Positions 1-12,828 are shown, counted from the stretch's first letter. The stretch is 59,238 bases of DNA from an uncultured virus (IMG/VR IMGVR_UViG_3300037067_011443) (IMGVR_UViG_3300037067_011443); one strand, 5' to 3'. Numbers and translations: made by a program. The notes: generated from the sequence alone by a model not told the origin.

Positions 1-176
1 GACAGGAAATTGCTAGAGGTACAGCAGATTATGGAATAAACTGGAAATTTACAGAAGTTAGTAAGGATGAATTCTTAAAAATAGTTGATGCTGATAATAT
101 GATAACTTGTATTAAAACTAAATCAAACAAATTTATAGAAGTTGACAAAAACGATATATCAAATTTTATAATCTAA
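1..176 (+). CDS. hypothetical protein, 3' part (truncated by window start)
   Basis: Open frame 3..176 (QEIARGTADYGINWKF...NFII*) ending TAA at 174-176. Confidence 0.6.
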   Translation, partial: QEIARGTADYGINWKFTEVSKDEFLKIVDADNMITCIKTKSNKFIEVDKNDISNFII

Positions 177-697
177 AAAATCAAATTTAATCTATCCATA
201 TTGGAATATTTTATAGGCTAGTAAAACTAGCAGAGATGGAGTGTATAAAATGTTATCAGATAATGAAAAACGTGACAGAGGTTTAGTTAAATTTAATGAA
301 CTATCAGAAAAGGCACAAAAAGAAGCTTATGAACGGTTTGCATGGGATTTCGTCAATAATTGTTGGTCAAATAGAACTAAAGAAGAAAATATGTTGTTAA
401 TAGAAAAACACTGGTTTACCTTAAATGGTGGATTATTTTGCGGAACTAATTAAAATTTTATGGTTATGCTTAAACTATAAAAGCATGGAGGTATAATATG
501 GCTAGAGGATTTACAACATTTAAAAAATATGCAATTACGCAAGGTGTCCATAATGGACAAAATACGTTAGAGGCTTTACGATTGGTATATGAGCAAAACA
601 AAGGCAGCAAATGGGATACAATAATTAAACTATTTAAAATGCAAGGACAACTTAATTTTTTAGAGCAATATAATAAAGAGATGGGATACAAATAAAT

Positions 698-726
698 TTG
701 ACAATTATTACAAGATAGTATATATT
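698..726 (+). promoter_or_regulatory. sigmaA promoter
   Basis: TTGACA (698-703), 17 bp, TATATT (721-726). Confidence 0.75.
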
Positions 727-732
727 TATAAT

Positions 733-834
733 GTAAGTTGTCGCTGATATTATTTATCAGTGTTGGATTGAAATATTAATCTATTGTATAGTAATTATAC
801 AAGTGAGAGAGCTACTTTAATTAGTAGCTTTTTT
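733..834 (+). ncRNA. candidate structured small RNA (three hairpins plus intrinsic terminator)
   Basis: Follows the promoter at 698 with no ORF or RBS. Stems 742-749/755-762, 766-771/776-781 and 784-790/796-802; terminator AGCTACT/AGTAGCT (810-829) plus T-run. Confidence 0.6.
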
Positions 835-1596
835 ATTGTCTTAAAACATAATAATAAGTACATGACATACTATAAATATTAGTTTATCTAGTAATTATAA
901 CTATATTATATAAATTATAATATATTAACTAAGATTTATAATAAACAATAATAAATATATGATCTAGTAAATAAATAAGTATATATAATTACTAATACTA
1001 GATAAAACATAGTAACTTAATATGATTTAATACATACTATATAACCATGTATTAATACATATCAAACATAGTAAATTAATATATTTTATTAAACTAAAGT
1101 ATATTCAATATTTACGATATAATTTTAAATTGGTATTTAAAAATAATCAAATTGTACATAAATATAAACAATGAATATTTATTCACACAAATGTATAAAT
1201 ATAATCCTAAATCATCACACTATTATAAAAATAAATGCAATTATAATTGTAACGCTCTAAAATCAATTTTAAGCCATTTAATTGATATTAATATAATATG
1301 TAGGGTATCGAAGATAAATCAATCCTAATCAATTCGACATTATTCAACATGACTATCGCCTCCACTTTATGCATAAAAGCAGGGTAATTTTAGGGTTTAC
1401 TCACCACTTATATTATAGTAAACGGCTATAATATTGTTATATCAATGGTTATAAGGTATTTAGATTTATAGATTAATGTTTATACATTAATAATAAAATA
1501 AATTGAGCAATAAATGTATTGACATATTGGTTAATAGGGTATAATATTAATATTGTAAACAGATAAAAATTGTATTAAAAAGGAAAGCGTGATATT

Positions 1597-1926
1597 ATGA
1601 AAGTAAATATATACTATAAAGGGAGTAGACAATTGAATACATTCACAATAAATAATGTAACTTATTGTATTAAAATTTCTGAACATGCTGAATTAAGATT
1701 GAGCCAAAGAAAGCTAGATTTATTTAAAATTGTGGGAGCAATATTAAGCCTTGGAGAAAACAAAATTAAGAATTATAGCAACACTAATAAGGATATATTT
1801 ATAATGGATAATACAAATAATTTTAGTGTTGTATGTTACATAAAAAATTACACTATTATGATTGTAACTGTATTAAATAAAGCAGATTGTTACGTTCGTG
1901 AGGGAACAGACGTTATTAATTTATAA
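1597..1926 (+). CDS. hypothetical protein, DUF4258-like (HAxxRxxQR motif)
   Basis: ISEHAELRLSQRKL motif and C-terminal IVTVL; promoter at ~1519. Confidence 0.4.
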   Translation: MKVNIYYKGSRQLNTFTINNVTYCIKISEHAELRLSQRKLDLFKIVGAILSLGENKIKNYSNTNKDIFIMDNTNNFSVVCYIKNYTIMIVTVLNKADCYVREGTDVINL

Positions 1927-2236
1927 TATTGACAGGGAGGTCTTGAGCATGAAAAAATATATAATTGCTGAAATTGAAAATAGTTGTACTAATAGAATTG
2001 AAAGAAAACATGCAACCATTATTTCAAGGAGTTTTAAAGAAGTATCAAATACTTATAGATTTAGAGGTAGACAAAAAGGTTATATAATATATTGGGATAT
2101 TGAAACCGAAAGACATTATGCAGTTTTAGATAATGCAATAAAAAACTAATTTCATGCACAAATATTTATTGACAATTATATTAATAACGATTATACTTAT
2201 ATTAGTTACTTATTAAAATAAAAGGCGGTAAACAAA

Positions 2237-2773
2237 ATGATTAAAATGAAATCTTTTAAAACTGAATCAGCTATAAATGTACATAGTATAAAAACAATAA
2301 ATAAGTTAATCAACAATGATGAGAACAACGTTTCCGATGATTTTAACGGAGAAGCTATAATTGCTAACGATGATATTATTATTACTTTGAAATATATGGA
2401 TATTATCAATAAGGGCTTTTATACATATATGAGAATTGAAGATGTTAAAAATAATAAGCATTACTATTTTAATGAGCATGGATTAAATACAGATATAATT
2501 TTTATGATTGAAGATTATATTAAGCAGATAAAAGCTGAACTAATAAACAATAATTTAATTGATTATCATATCAAAGCAATTGGGAATGAATATAATAATG
2601 TTAATATTATTATTTCTGATATAAAAGAAATTGACCAATTAGCTTTTGAAGCTGAAGAAGGATGGACAGACACAGACAAAATTAATACTGTTACTCTATT
2701 TTGTGAATTGTTAATACAATATGAAGCATTAAATAGCAAACTTAAGAAATTAGAATCTGAATTTAAAAAATAA
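2237..2773 (+). CDS. hypothetical protein
   Basis: 178-aa ORF; RBS AGGCGG; promoter TTGACA-17-TATACT at 2169-2197. Confidence 0.7.
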   Translation: MIKMKSFKTESAINVHSIKTINKLINNDENNVSDDFNGEAIIANDDIIITLKYMDIINKGFYTYMRIEDVKNNKHYYFNEHGLNTDIIFMIEDYIKQIKAELINNNLIDYHIKAIGNEYNNVNIIISDIKEIDQLAFEAEEGWTDTDKINTVTLFCELLIQYEALNSKLKKLESEFKK

Positions 2774-3527
2774 TATATAAGGAGTTGTTACAATGTGTAA
2801 GCCACAAACTAGATTTGAGTATAAAATTACCTTTGATGCTGATATCAAAAAAATTCCGGTAATTATCAATAAAATCAATGAAATACTATGCAATAGCGAA
2901 TTAAATGAACATATCACCAATATTGAGCCAACCATAACTATCATTGATAATTAATTATACTATAAAATATAACTTTCATCAAAACTGAAAAGAGGTGAAA
3001 AATATGCAACCATTTAAATGTCCAAGACGTAAAATGAAATAGATATAAAAAATGTATATACTTCTTATCTGCATGGTGAAATTATAATATAGAACTGGTA
3101 TTTTAAGTACTGTAAATTATTAACAATATCAAATAAAAAGGAGTGATTGCTAATGACTGGTAAAAATCTAGATATATTTTTAAACAACTTAAAAAATAGG
3201 TTAAATATAGCAATAAAAGAAGGAATGACATAAGAAGAAATCAAAAAAGAAATTGACCATGCAATTGGATATCAATTTGCACAAATAGAAGAAATTAAGT
3301 AATACATGAAACAGTTTCGCATTTCCTTATAAGCATTGATATTAAAGGGTTATAAAGCAATTAATACTGGACAGGATTTTAATGTTTTCATAGTTATAAT
3401 AAAAGCCGAACAGGAGTATTAAAAAATACTTCTATTTTGCTTTGTGTTTAATAAAATAAAATGTTGACAACTAAAATCATAGTGTGCTATAATGAATTAT
3501 ATCATTAATACATAGGAGGTCAACACC

Positions 3528-4205
3528 ATGACACAAAAAGAAATTAAGGAATTAAAAGAGTTTTGGAGCAGTAAAACACTAGGAGAAGTAAAAGGTTTAT
3601 ATAGTGAAAAAATGAGAATCTATAATCTGCATCAAGAAAGTATTAGAGAGAAAGCACAGGAACTTGTTAACCTTGATTTTAATAATAAATACTATGTTGA
3701 TAAAGCTAAAAATTTAATGAATGATATTAGTTTTTATAAATCCTATATAGTAGATGAAGAAAAAGAACTAAACCTTCTAAAACCTATATTAGATAAAAAA
3801 GAAATTGAAGGTATTGACCAAGCTGAATACGAAAATTATATAACTGGCAATATCAATATTCAAATACTAATTAAGGAAGTAAATGATTTAAAGCAAAATT
3901 TTATTGACAATGGTAATCAAGTAATACAGTACTACAAAGAAAAAGACGAACTAAAATCAATAGTAATTATTCTTACAGAGGAAGAAACAAAAGAAATGTA
4001 TGATATGATGTTAAAAGAAACAATAATGATATTAAAGGATAGAATCGGAAATATTGAAAAAGTTGATTATTTAAGAACAAATAATAATAAAGGTTTAGAC
4101 GGTAGATATATTGGCGAAAAAGGAACAATCACAATTAATACAATTCTTGCAGGCGGGTATAATATTCAAAAACTACATTACAGAACTTTAATATATAATA
4201 ATTAA
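3528..4205 (+). CDS. conserved phage-type hypothetical protein
   Basis: Own promoter (3464-3493), RBS and terminator. C-terminal TILAGGYNIQKLHYR motif that I recognise from phage hypothetical proteins. Confidence 0.7.
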   Translation: MTQKEIKELKEFWSSKTLGEVKGLYSEKMRIYNLHQESIREKAQELVNLDFNNKYYVDKAKNLMNDISFYKSYIVDEEKELNLLKPILDKKEIEGIDQAEYENYITGNINIQILIKEVNDLKQNFIDNGNQVIQYYKEKDELKSIVIILTEEETKEMYDMMLKETIMILKDRIGNIEKVDYLRTNNNKGLDGRYIGEKGTITINTILAGGYNIQKLHYRTLIYNN

Positions 4206-4229
4206 GAGAATCCGAAAGGGTTCTTTTTT
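4204..4229 (+). terminator. intrinsic terminator
   Basis: AGAATCC-GAAA-GGGTTCT followed by T-run. Confidence 0.75.
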
Positions 4230-4909
4230 CTTGTATATAATCTGTTACCAGTGAGCCTATATATTACCCTTTAAATGCTCATATCCTGCAAAGTGTTATA
4301 ATTGTACTAGTAAACATTCTACACGCTTAGAAACGATTATAGACGTTATAAATAACGGTACAAATTATTTTATTAAAACACTTGTATTCTGTTTTGTAGT
4401 GTGATAATATGTACTTAGTTCTTAAATCAAATACATATTTTCTAGGAGGTAATTATGTTTAATTTAGAATTATTAGAAAAGGCACAGAAATTTAATGTAA
4501 ATATTAATACATATAATAATGCTATAAATTGGTTGAAAAATGTTAATGAAATAAATTTAAGTAATGATATTGACCGAAACAATTTAGTTCTTTTAGATAA
4601 ATTAGAAAATGAAATAAACCAAGCGGAAATTAATTGGCTAAAAGCAAATAAAGATAATTTATTATTTGATGTTCAGTTTGAAGATAAAGGTTATGTTTTT
4701 GTAGATGTTTTAGAAGTCTATGATAATAAAAATAATAAAGTATATGAACAATGGTTTTACGGGGATGGAGAATCTCAGGAATTTATTGATATGATTTATG
4801 CATAGAACATGCATTTGGTTATAAAATAATTTGTATAAACACTTGCAATTATATTAATAACGTGTTAGAATTAGTTATGGTTATTAATACATATTTGGAG
4901 GTAGACAAA

Positions 4910-5446
4910 ATGACAAATTTAACACAGAGAGCAGGAGAAATATTAAGGACTTTTGAAAAGAACGGAAAGCCATATAAAGAAGTAATTGAAATTTGTTCTA
5001 GATGTGGAGGTACTGGAAACTATTCATATAATCAAAAAGATGGTACTTTGTGTTATGGTTGTAATGGTCAAGGAGTTCAAAAAATTGAAAGAAGAATTTA
5101 CACCGATAAAGAATTAGTATCACAGGAAAAAGCAAAGACAAAAAAGGTAGCTAAGAAAGAAACTGAAAGACTTGAAAAAATAGCCAATGCAGAAATTGAA
5201 AAACAGAATAGAGTAAACGAGTATATACAAAATAATCCAATTACTTATATAGTAGTTGATAAAGATAGCTACAATAAAAAAGAAATAATCAAAGCTAATA
5301 AATATAAATGGATGACTTGGCACTGGGTAGGACATAAAGAAATTGAAGGTATAGAGACAATGGCAATTGATACGAAAGACGTTATAAACGAATATGGATA
5401 TATTATAGACACAGCAATTAATGACAAGGTTAAAGGATATAAATAA
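4910..5446 (+). CDS. DnaJ-type zinc-finger hypothetical protein
   Basis: CSRCGGTG and CYGCNGQG repeats; ATG at 4910 follows GGAGG. Confidence 0.65.
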   Translation: MTNLTQRAGEILRTFEKNGKPYKEVIEICSRCGGTGNYSYNQKDGTLCYGCNGQGVQKIERRIYTDKELVSQEKAKTKKVAKKETERLEKIANAEIEKQNRVNEYIQNNPITYIVVDKDSYNKKEIIKANKYKWMTWHWVGHKEIEGIETMAIDTKDVINEYGYIIDTAINDKVKGYK

Positions 5447-6358
5447 ACAAAATAAATGAGGTTAGAAGGGTGTAAAAGCACTTCTAATTCATAATATAAA
5501 ATGGAGGTTATTATAATGGATAAAACAAGTTATTGTACTCAGTGTACGGCTGAGAATGGTCAAGAAGGTGATTTTGGATTTACAGGAGTTTATCCAACTA
5601 ATTACATAAGGACTACACCAATATTTAATGATTTAGGCGAATTATTTATGTATTTTAAGGAAAATAATATAAGTTATAGATAATATGATAGAATGATGAT
5701 TTTAAGTTAATGTTAAATTTTAGGAGGAAATTATAATAATAAATGTAGATAAAATGAATGTAGAACAAAAAAAAGCATTGAGCGACTACCAATTTTTAAT
5801 TGGTCAAATGAGAGTATCTGGACACAATATAGAAACCCTCGATTTAACTGATAACAAACGAGTTAATGATATGAATAAATTTTATAATGGTTTGTTTACT
5901 AATATAATAGAATAATTTAAATTGCTTGTTAATATAAAACAAGTACTGAGTATTATAATTTAAAAGGAGGTCAAAATTTATGGATGAATTAATTCCAATG
6001 AACGAAAGTGAATATTTTGATTTATTTTTTGATAATGTAGAAACAGAACAATAATAAATATAAAAAAGAGTATAAACATTATTGAAATAAATTTATGGAG
6101 GTAATTTTATATGCATGATATTGACTATTTACTTGATAATATGACATGGAAATCCAAGGAAGAATTAGAAAAAGAAAATAAATAATAAATATTGTTTGCT
6201 GATATGAAGCAAGCGACAAGCGTTATAATCTTTATTTGATAAAATAAAAGATGTGTCAATAAATTTTAAGAATTACTATTGACAAATTATATTAATATCT
6301 CTATAATGAGAAGTATCAGCAATACGGATAATAAAATAATTAAATGGAGGGCATGAAA

Positions 6359-7528
6359 ATGATTAAAAAAGCAAATATCCAGTGGTCGGCTAAACAATTA
6401 GTTAAAATGACTGAAAAGGGTACAATCAATTTTGATAGTTCCGTACAGCGTGGTCTAGTTTGGGATAGTGATAGAAAAAGTTTACTTATACATAGCATGA
6501 TAGAAGGTTATCCGATTCCTGCATTCTTTGCAAGTAAAGATGAAAATGGTTATGATATGCTTGATGGAAAACAAAGGTCAAACGCAATAGCCGACTATAT
6601 CAATAATAAATATAAGCTTACTAACATTCCAGAGATTACTACCGAAACTGAAATAATAGACATTAACGGCTTAACATTTTCAGAACTTACAGAGGACTTA
6701 CAGGACAGTATAAAAGATTATAGCCTTACTGTTTACTATTTTGATGGTATCACAGAGGACGAAATCACAGAGTTGTTTTACAGGCTGAATAATGGCAAAC
6801 CATTAACATCTATAGAGTTAACAAGAGTTAAAGCAAAGTCAATTGATAAAATAAAAGAAATCGGCAGGCATGAACTATTTACATCGGCATTGACTGAAAA
6901 AGCAATCAACAAATATACAAATGAAGATATAGTTATTAAAAGTTGGGCATTGTTGAACGTTGAAAATCCAAGCTTTGAAACTAAAAATATTCGTCCTATT
7001 ATAGAATCAGCAGAAATCACAGATGAACAAGCCGAAAATATTAAGTTAGCTTACACTAGAATATTAGACGTATACACAGACGTTAAAAGTGTAGACGATA
7101 AAGAAAGTAATAAAATTGCGAAACGAATTATTACACGTACTCACTTATTATCTTTAGTTCCAGTGGCACTAAAATCTATGGATAAAAATATAAGTGTAGA
7201 AGAGTTCGGCGAATTTGTACATAGTTTCTTTAGTGGTAAAAAATCTGCAAGTATTAATGATATTTATAATAATGCATCTTCAGCACATACATCTAATGTA
7301 GATAATGTTAATAAGAGAATCACAGCAATTACACAGGCTTATAATACATATTTTAAATTAGATGTAAAAGAAGTAAAAGCAGATACTATTGTAGAAGTTA
7401 AACAAGAAATTAAACCAGTTACAAGAAAGTTAGAATTATTAGAAAATGATAATTGGGAAGATGGTTATAGTAATAATAATATACCCAATAGCATAATGAA
7501 TAGCTATAATAGTACTATGGCAATATAA
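6359..7528 (+). CDS. DUF262 (ParB-like/GmrS N-terminal) domain protein
   Basis: QRGLVW, DGKQR and FYRLNNGKPL motifs; promoter TTGACA-17-TATAAT at 6279-6307. Confidence 0.85.
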   Translation: MIKKANIQWSAKQLVKMTEKGTINFDSSVQRGLVWDSDRKSLLIHSMIEGYPIPAFFASKDENGYDMLDGKQRSNAIADYINNKYKLTNIPEITTETEIIDINGLTFSELTEDLQDSIKDYSLTVYYFDGITEDEITELFYRLNNGKPLTSIELTRVKAKSIDKIKEIGRHELFTSALTEKAINKYTNEDIVIKSWALLNVENPSFETKNIRPIIESAEITDEQAENIKLAYTRILDVYTDVKSVDDKESNKIAKRIITRTHLLSLVPVALKSMDKNISVEEFGEFVHSFFSGKKSASINDIYNNASSAHTSNVDNVNKRITAITQAYNTYFKLDVKEVKADTIVEVKQEIKPVTRKLELLENDNWEDGYSNNNIPNSIMNSYNSTMAI

Positions 7529-7916
7529 TATTTAGTCAACTATGCAGTAAAATATATACTACATAAAATATAATATAATTGGAGGTTAGATATTGCATGC
7601 ATCTAAACCAAACAGACATTGACGAATTAGTTGAACAAGTTTTACAGGAGCAAGCACAAAAAGCGCAGCATAGTTAATACATAATAGTAAGTAATATTAA
7701 AAATACAGTCTATATAGGCTGTATTTTTATTTGTAGCTGATTTATTTATTAACATGGTATAATTAACCTATCAAATAAATTACAGGCTTATAACGTCATA
7801 TATAACTTTGCAATATTAGTAAGTATTATTTTATTAAAACATATTGTAATTACTCATATAATGTGTTAAGCTTGTATTGTAATTAATACATATTAAACTA
7901 CACAGGAGGTACTACA

Positions 7917-8294
7917 ATGGATATACATACTTTTATAGATACCAATAAGGATAAATATTCAAAGTGGCTACAATCTATGTTCCCTCATGCTTATCCAGTA
8001 GTCTGTGATACTTCATCTGATATTTTAGCATCTTATTTAATAGCTAACTTTACCAACAATAATATAAAATTTGTACAAGGTACGTTTGATAATAAATATC
8101 ATTATTGGATGGAGATAGACAGCGAGATACTTGACTTTACAATAGTACAGTTTATCAGTGATTATGATGTATCCAAGGTATTTATTGATGATATGTATTA
8201 TAGTAGTTATACAAGAGTTAAAGAATATGAGCCTAGCTTTATAGATAGTAAGTACATAAATGATTTTGATAAATATTTAGATAATTTAAACTGA
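7917..8294 (+). CDS. putative transglutaminase/papain-like fold protein
   Basis: Cys (VCDTSS), His (HYWME) and Asp (ILDFT) in catalytic-triad-like order. Confidence 0.45.
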   Translation: MDIHTFIDTNKDKYSKWLQSMFPHAYPVVCDTSSDILASYLIANFTNNNIKFVQGTFDNKYHYWMEIDSEILDFTIVQFISDYDVSKVFIDDMYYSSYTRVKEYEPSFIDSKYINDFDKYLDNLN

Positions 8295-10143
8295 TAATAA
8301 AATAAATTAAATATAAGTATTGCAATACTATAAATAGTGTGTTATTCTTAGATTAACAAATTACATAAAGGTACTAAGTGCCTAGAGGGAGCGTAAAAGA
8401 TGAATAAAGAAAAATACGAATTAATAATGCAAATTACAAAGAAGGCTGATGAAATGGGTTTACTATGGGTATAGCCTAAACAGGCTATATTAAAACACTG
8501 GTAGCCGTTCCAAAGTCGGCACAGAATAGGAGAATAAAACATTATGAATTTAGAAAAGGGAATTGACCTTATGTATAAATATGGTTCAAAAACTGAAATA
8601 GAAAATCAAAATAAGAATATCTATGTAATTACGATTAAGTTTAAATACGAATCAATAAAAGTATCAGTAAATGAGCCAACTATTGACGGATTAATTAAAT
8701 TAATTCAATCAGATTTACATGATTCGTATTCTAAAAAAGATGATATACCAGTAACTTTTGAAGAATCAAAAAGTAATGACAGGATAAAAGTATTTAAAGT
8801 AATTGATGAGCCTTTTGGTATGTATTTTTTAAATGTTGTAATTGACCAAAAACCATTATTAATATTTTAGTGAATGAATAGTAAATTTGGTAACATTTAT
8901 TAAGGACAATAAAATAATATTAAGGAGAGTGAATATAATGTTAAATTTAAAATGTAAAAAAGAATTTGCAGTAGATGTGGAACAGTACGGAATTGATTTT
9001 TTAGTTGGTAATATATATAATGCAAAGCATGTAAATAATAATTGTTATTATATAACGTCTGAAAGTGGTTCTGATGTTGAAATGAATCAACAAGAAGTTA
9101 AGGAACACTTTACATCTACAATCTTTTAATAATGCAATAGAAAGCAAGTTTTATCATAATGTTAAATTATAGGAGGTTATATTATGAGTTATCAATTAGT
9201 AAAAAGAATCTCATTTAAAAAAGACGGAGTTTATTTTTCAGCTTGTAGTAATAATGTTATACCAAAAAATTATTATTCAGAAAAAAGTAAATATCATAGT
9301 AAGTTATTAGAATCAGAGGGAAAAGAATCAGTAATTAAAATAATATTATGGGACTTTATTTCTGGAAATTTTCAATCATTAGGCGATAATGAAAATATAA
9401 ATAAATTTTCTAATGTAGCTAAAAAAGTAAAATTAACTAATAAATATAATGAACTAAGTAATATTTATTGGGAATGGGATAACATTAAAAGAAGTATTGA
9501 AGAAAAGGAAAAGTCAAAAGAAGAAATACAAGAGTTATTATTTAATGAGTGGAATCAATAAAATAATAGGAGCGTGGCAAAATGAAATTATCTGAATACA
9601 TAGAAAATAAAAAAGTTGAACTAGTAGCCGTAAATAAATTTAAATCGGTAGAATTTAAAAGGCTAGACAATTGCCAAGTATCACAATTTATGCATTCTTG
9701 TATACTGGATTTTACGGATACAAAAATTGATACGTCAATTGAGGTTGAAGAGTTTGACCGCACCAAGTTAGGCAATACTAAAATTGATTGTATTGAAATA
9801 ACTTTTAATGTAGTAAAGCCAAGATGCAGAAAACCAGAGAGCCTAAGAACGTATGTTAAAATTAGTTAAGGGAGGGTTAATAATAATGGATATAGATAAA
9901 ATTATTGAAAGTTTACCTTTTGGTACAGGTAATTTAGGATTTAGTAATGTAGTTGGTCATGCGTTTTTTACTTCATCTTTAAGCGACAAGCCTTATTCAG
10001 TAAAAGAGAATAAAAACGATAAATATAAATATACATATACAATTGCAGGATTTCCAGTTATATTAGGAATCAGAGAAGCAATTGATAACTGTAAAGAATT
10101 AAAAGTAATATCTGATACACATATAGCAATAATATTCTAATGT

Positions 10144-10177
10144 ATAGAACGGTTTAGAGCCGTTCTATTTTCTTTTT
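10144..10177 (+). terminator. intrinsic terminator
   Basis: ATAGAACGG/CCGTTCTAT stem followed by T-rich tract. Confidence 0.8.
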
Positions 10178-11837
10178 ATAGCCATTTATCAACATATTGT
10201 ATATAATTACATTGTCGGAACTGGTAGAGCCTTAAAAACGATTCTATGACGTTTATATATTTGTATAAATTTATATTAATAATTGCTTGACATGGGGATA
10301 TAATAAGAGTAATATTATATTAACAAGTATGTAATCAATTATTAAAAGGTGGTGTTTACAATGTTAAAAGCTAGTGAAAGATTGTGTTCCTGTGGTTGTG
10401 GTCAAATTATAGATTTAAAGCAAAGCAATTACATAGTCAAGGAAAACACTCACAGAAATAATTATTATGTTAGTAAATACCATTTACCAGAAAACTACAA
10501 AGGTATTGAAGATTGGTCAATTGAAAAAGGAATGTTTAAAGAAGTTAAAAATTGTGATTAATTTGTAGGAGGTTATAAAAATGAAAATACAAAGAGTTAA
10601 AGAAATTTTTCAAGATTTGTTTCCTAAAAAATGTAGATGTGGAAGAAATGCAGTAGTTATAAATAAAACATATAAAAACGAAAAGATATATATGTGTTCA
10701 TATTGTTTAAGGTCAATAAGATTTAAAGAAAAAGAGTTTTTCAAGTCAATTCTTCCTTATGGAAGTAATAAATAAAAACAATATAAAATTGTCTTTTTAT
10801 GCACTTATTTGTCGAAAGATTTATATTGTATGTTTTATATTTTTATAATATTTGAGAAATAAAAATTTAGAGTAATAAAAACTAAGGAGGGTTTTAAAAA
10901 TGGATATTATGGATATTATAGAGTTTAGGAAATTTTTAAAGGAACAAAATTACATACATTTTGAAGCAAATCACAGCAGAGAACAAAAAACAGAATTTGT
11001 AATAAAAACTAATATTAAAAATTTGGTTGAAATAGTTGTTTTTGAACGTGCTGATGCTTTATCTAGTTTAAATATGACAAAAATGTATGTTTGCCATACT
11101 GATAGTTATTACAATATGATTAGTGATACTGTAAAAGCAGCATTTGAAGCTAATCAATTTTATTCTATTAGTATATGGCAGGGTGATAAAGAATTTATTT
11201 TACCAGAAGGAAGAAATATATAAAATCATAGAATTCTGCTTTCATTTGGTTTTAAAAAATAATTAATTATAACTAGGAGGTTATTTTATTATGAAAACTT
11301 GGATGGGAACTATTAAAAAACAAAATAATATTGATTTAGAAAAGGCTTTTGCGGTTGTAGTTAAGACAGGTAGGACAATGTTTGATTTTGAAGTTTTTAA
11401 CAAACAGGATTTTGGATTAATTGGAAATAGAGAAATAATAGAAGCATGGTATTAAAATAATATATAATGATGAAATCAGCCTTTTATGTTGAAATTTGTC
11501 GAAATGTTTTTAACAATAATTCTTAGTTTTTAAGAAATAAGTATTGACAATAGAGAATTTAACCTTTATAATAAGAAATATCAAGAGAAGTTAATAAAAT
11601 AATTTAATGGAGGTTGTTTAATATGTTTAGTGGAATAATGGAGAGAATCAACAAGATAAAGAAATTATCAGAAGGAGAAAAGGCAGAGCTAAAAGAATCA
11701 ATATATTATCACCATGATACATGCAGAATTTATTTACTTGAGAATCCTAATGTATCAATAGTTATAAGAAATTCTTTAGAAGATAGAATGATAATATTAA
11801 GTCAAGCACTTGACAAATTGAGATAAGGGCGAATAAT

Positions 11838-12050
11838 ATGGACTTAGGAAAATATATACTATCTTTACTTAATGAACAGGGCAGGTCGCAAACATGGCTT
11901 GCCGATAAACTCAATATTAATGTAAAAACATTTTCAGGCAAGTTAAAAAGAAATAGCATTACAGGCGAAGAAATTTTACAAATTGGTTACTGGTTAAATA
12001 TAAATTTAGATGAATTAAAAAAGGAGTGTATCAATTATGGAAAGAAATAG
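11838..12050 (+). CDS. XRE/Cro-like HTH protein
   Basis: SQTWLADKLNINVKTFSGKL helix-turn-helix pattern. Confidence 0.75.
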   Translation: MDLGKYILSLLNEQGRSQTWLADKLNINVKTFSGKLKRNSITGEEILQIGYWLNINLDELKKECINYGKK

Positions 12051-12822
12051 TTTAACACAGAATTTAATGGATGAAGTATACAGTAAATGGAATACAGAAG
12101 AATGTAGAAGCATGAAAAGACTAGAAGTAATTGAAGAGTTCTTTACACTATTGCATAGGGTAGCCGTACAATTTGGAAATATGAATTATCAAGTAAATAA
12201 CGGTGGTTGGTCACAATGGCATGGAAATGGTTATGACGAAGATTTAGAAGATTTAATAGAATATGCTAAAAAAGGAACAGCACAAGGAATTAAATATTTT
12301 GATGCTTTGTTACAAATATTAATAGATATTGAATCACTGGGAGAGCCTAGCGACTATGATAATACAGAAGATTGTGAATGTTCAAATTGTGGTGGAACTG
12401 GCTATATAAATTTCTATGATGAAGACGAAGAAATTGAAGAAGAATGTCCAGAATGTTGTGGTGATGGAACATGGGAAGAAGAAACAAAAGGAGAAGAAGA
12501 ATATTGCTCATTACTCAGCGAATTTGATGATAAGTATTATGATTTTAATGAAGAAGAATTAATTGAATCATTTAATGAATTTTTAAATAGGTTTAATGAG
12601 GAAGTCAATATAAGTGACATTAAAATAGTATCAACTAAAAAACCTAGGTGTAAACTTGTTGGAACAGATAGCAATGTATTTAGTGTTATTGTAAAAGTTA
12701 GAAGTGTTTTGTCGGATGCAGGATTAAGAGAACAAGCACAAGAATTTTCTAATAAGGCAATGAAACAACATAGTTATGATGATGTATTAAGTTTATGTTT
12801 TGAATATGTTGAAGTATGTTAA
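12037..12822 (+). CDS. DMP19/DUF4375-like acidic protein with inserted zinc finger and extra C-terminal domain
   Basis: YQVNNGGWSQW (DMP19-like NGG motif); CSNCGGTG and CPECCGDG; very Asp/Glu rich; C-terminal KLVGTDSNVF...SYDDVL module. Confidence 0.6.
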   Translation: MERNSLTQNLMDEVYSKWNTEECRSMKRLEVIEEFFTLLHRVAVQFGNMNYQVNNGGWSQWHGNGYDEDLEDLIEYAKKGTAQGIKYFDALLQILIDIESLGEPSDYDNTEDCECSNCGGTGYINFYDEDEEIEEECPECCGDGTWEEETKGEEEYCSLLSEFDDKYYDFNEEELIESFNEFLNRFNEEVNISDIKIVSTKKPRCKLVGTDSNVFSVIVKVRSVLSDAGLREQAQEFSNKAMKQHSYDDVLSLCFEYVEVC

Positions 12823-12828
12823 AAGTTG

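Noticed and set aside
733..834. tRNA
   Set aside because: Three stems, but no acceptor stem, T-loop consensus or CCA; it ends in a terminator.
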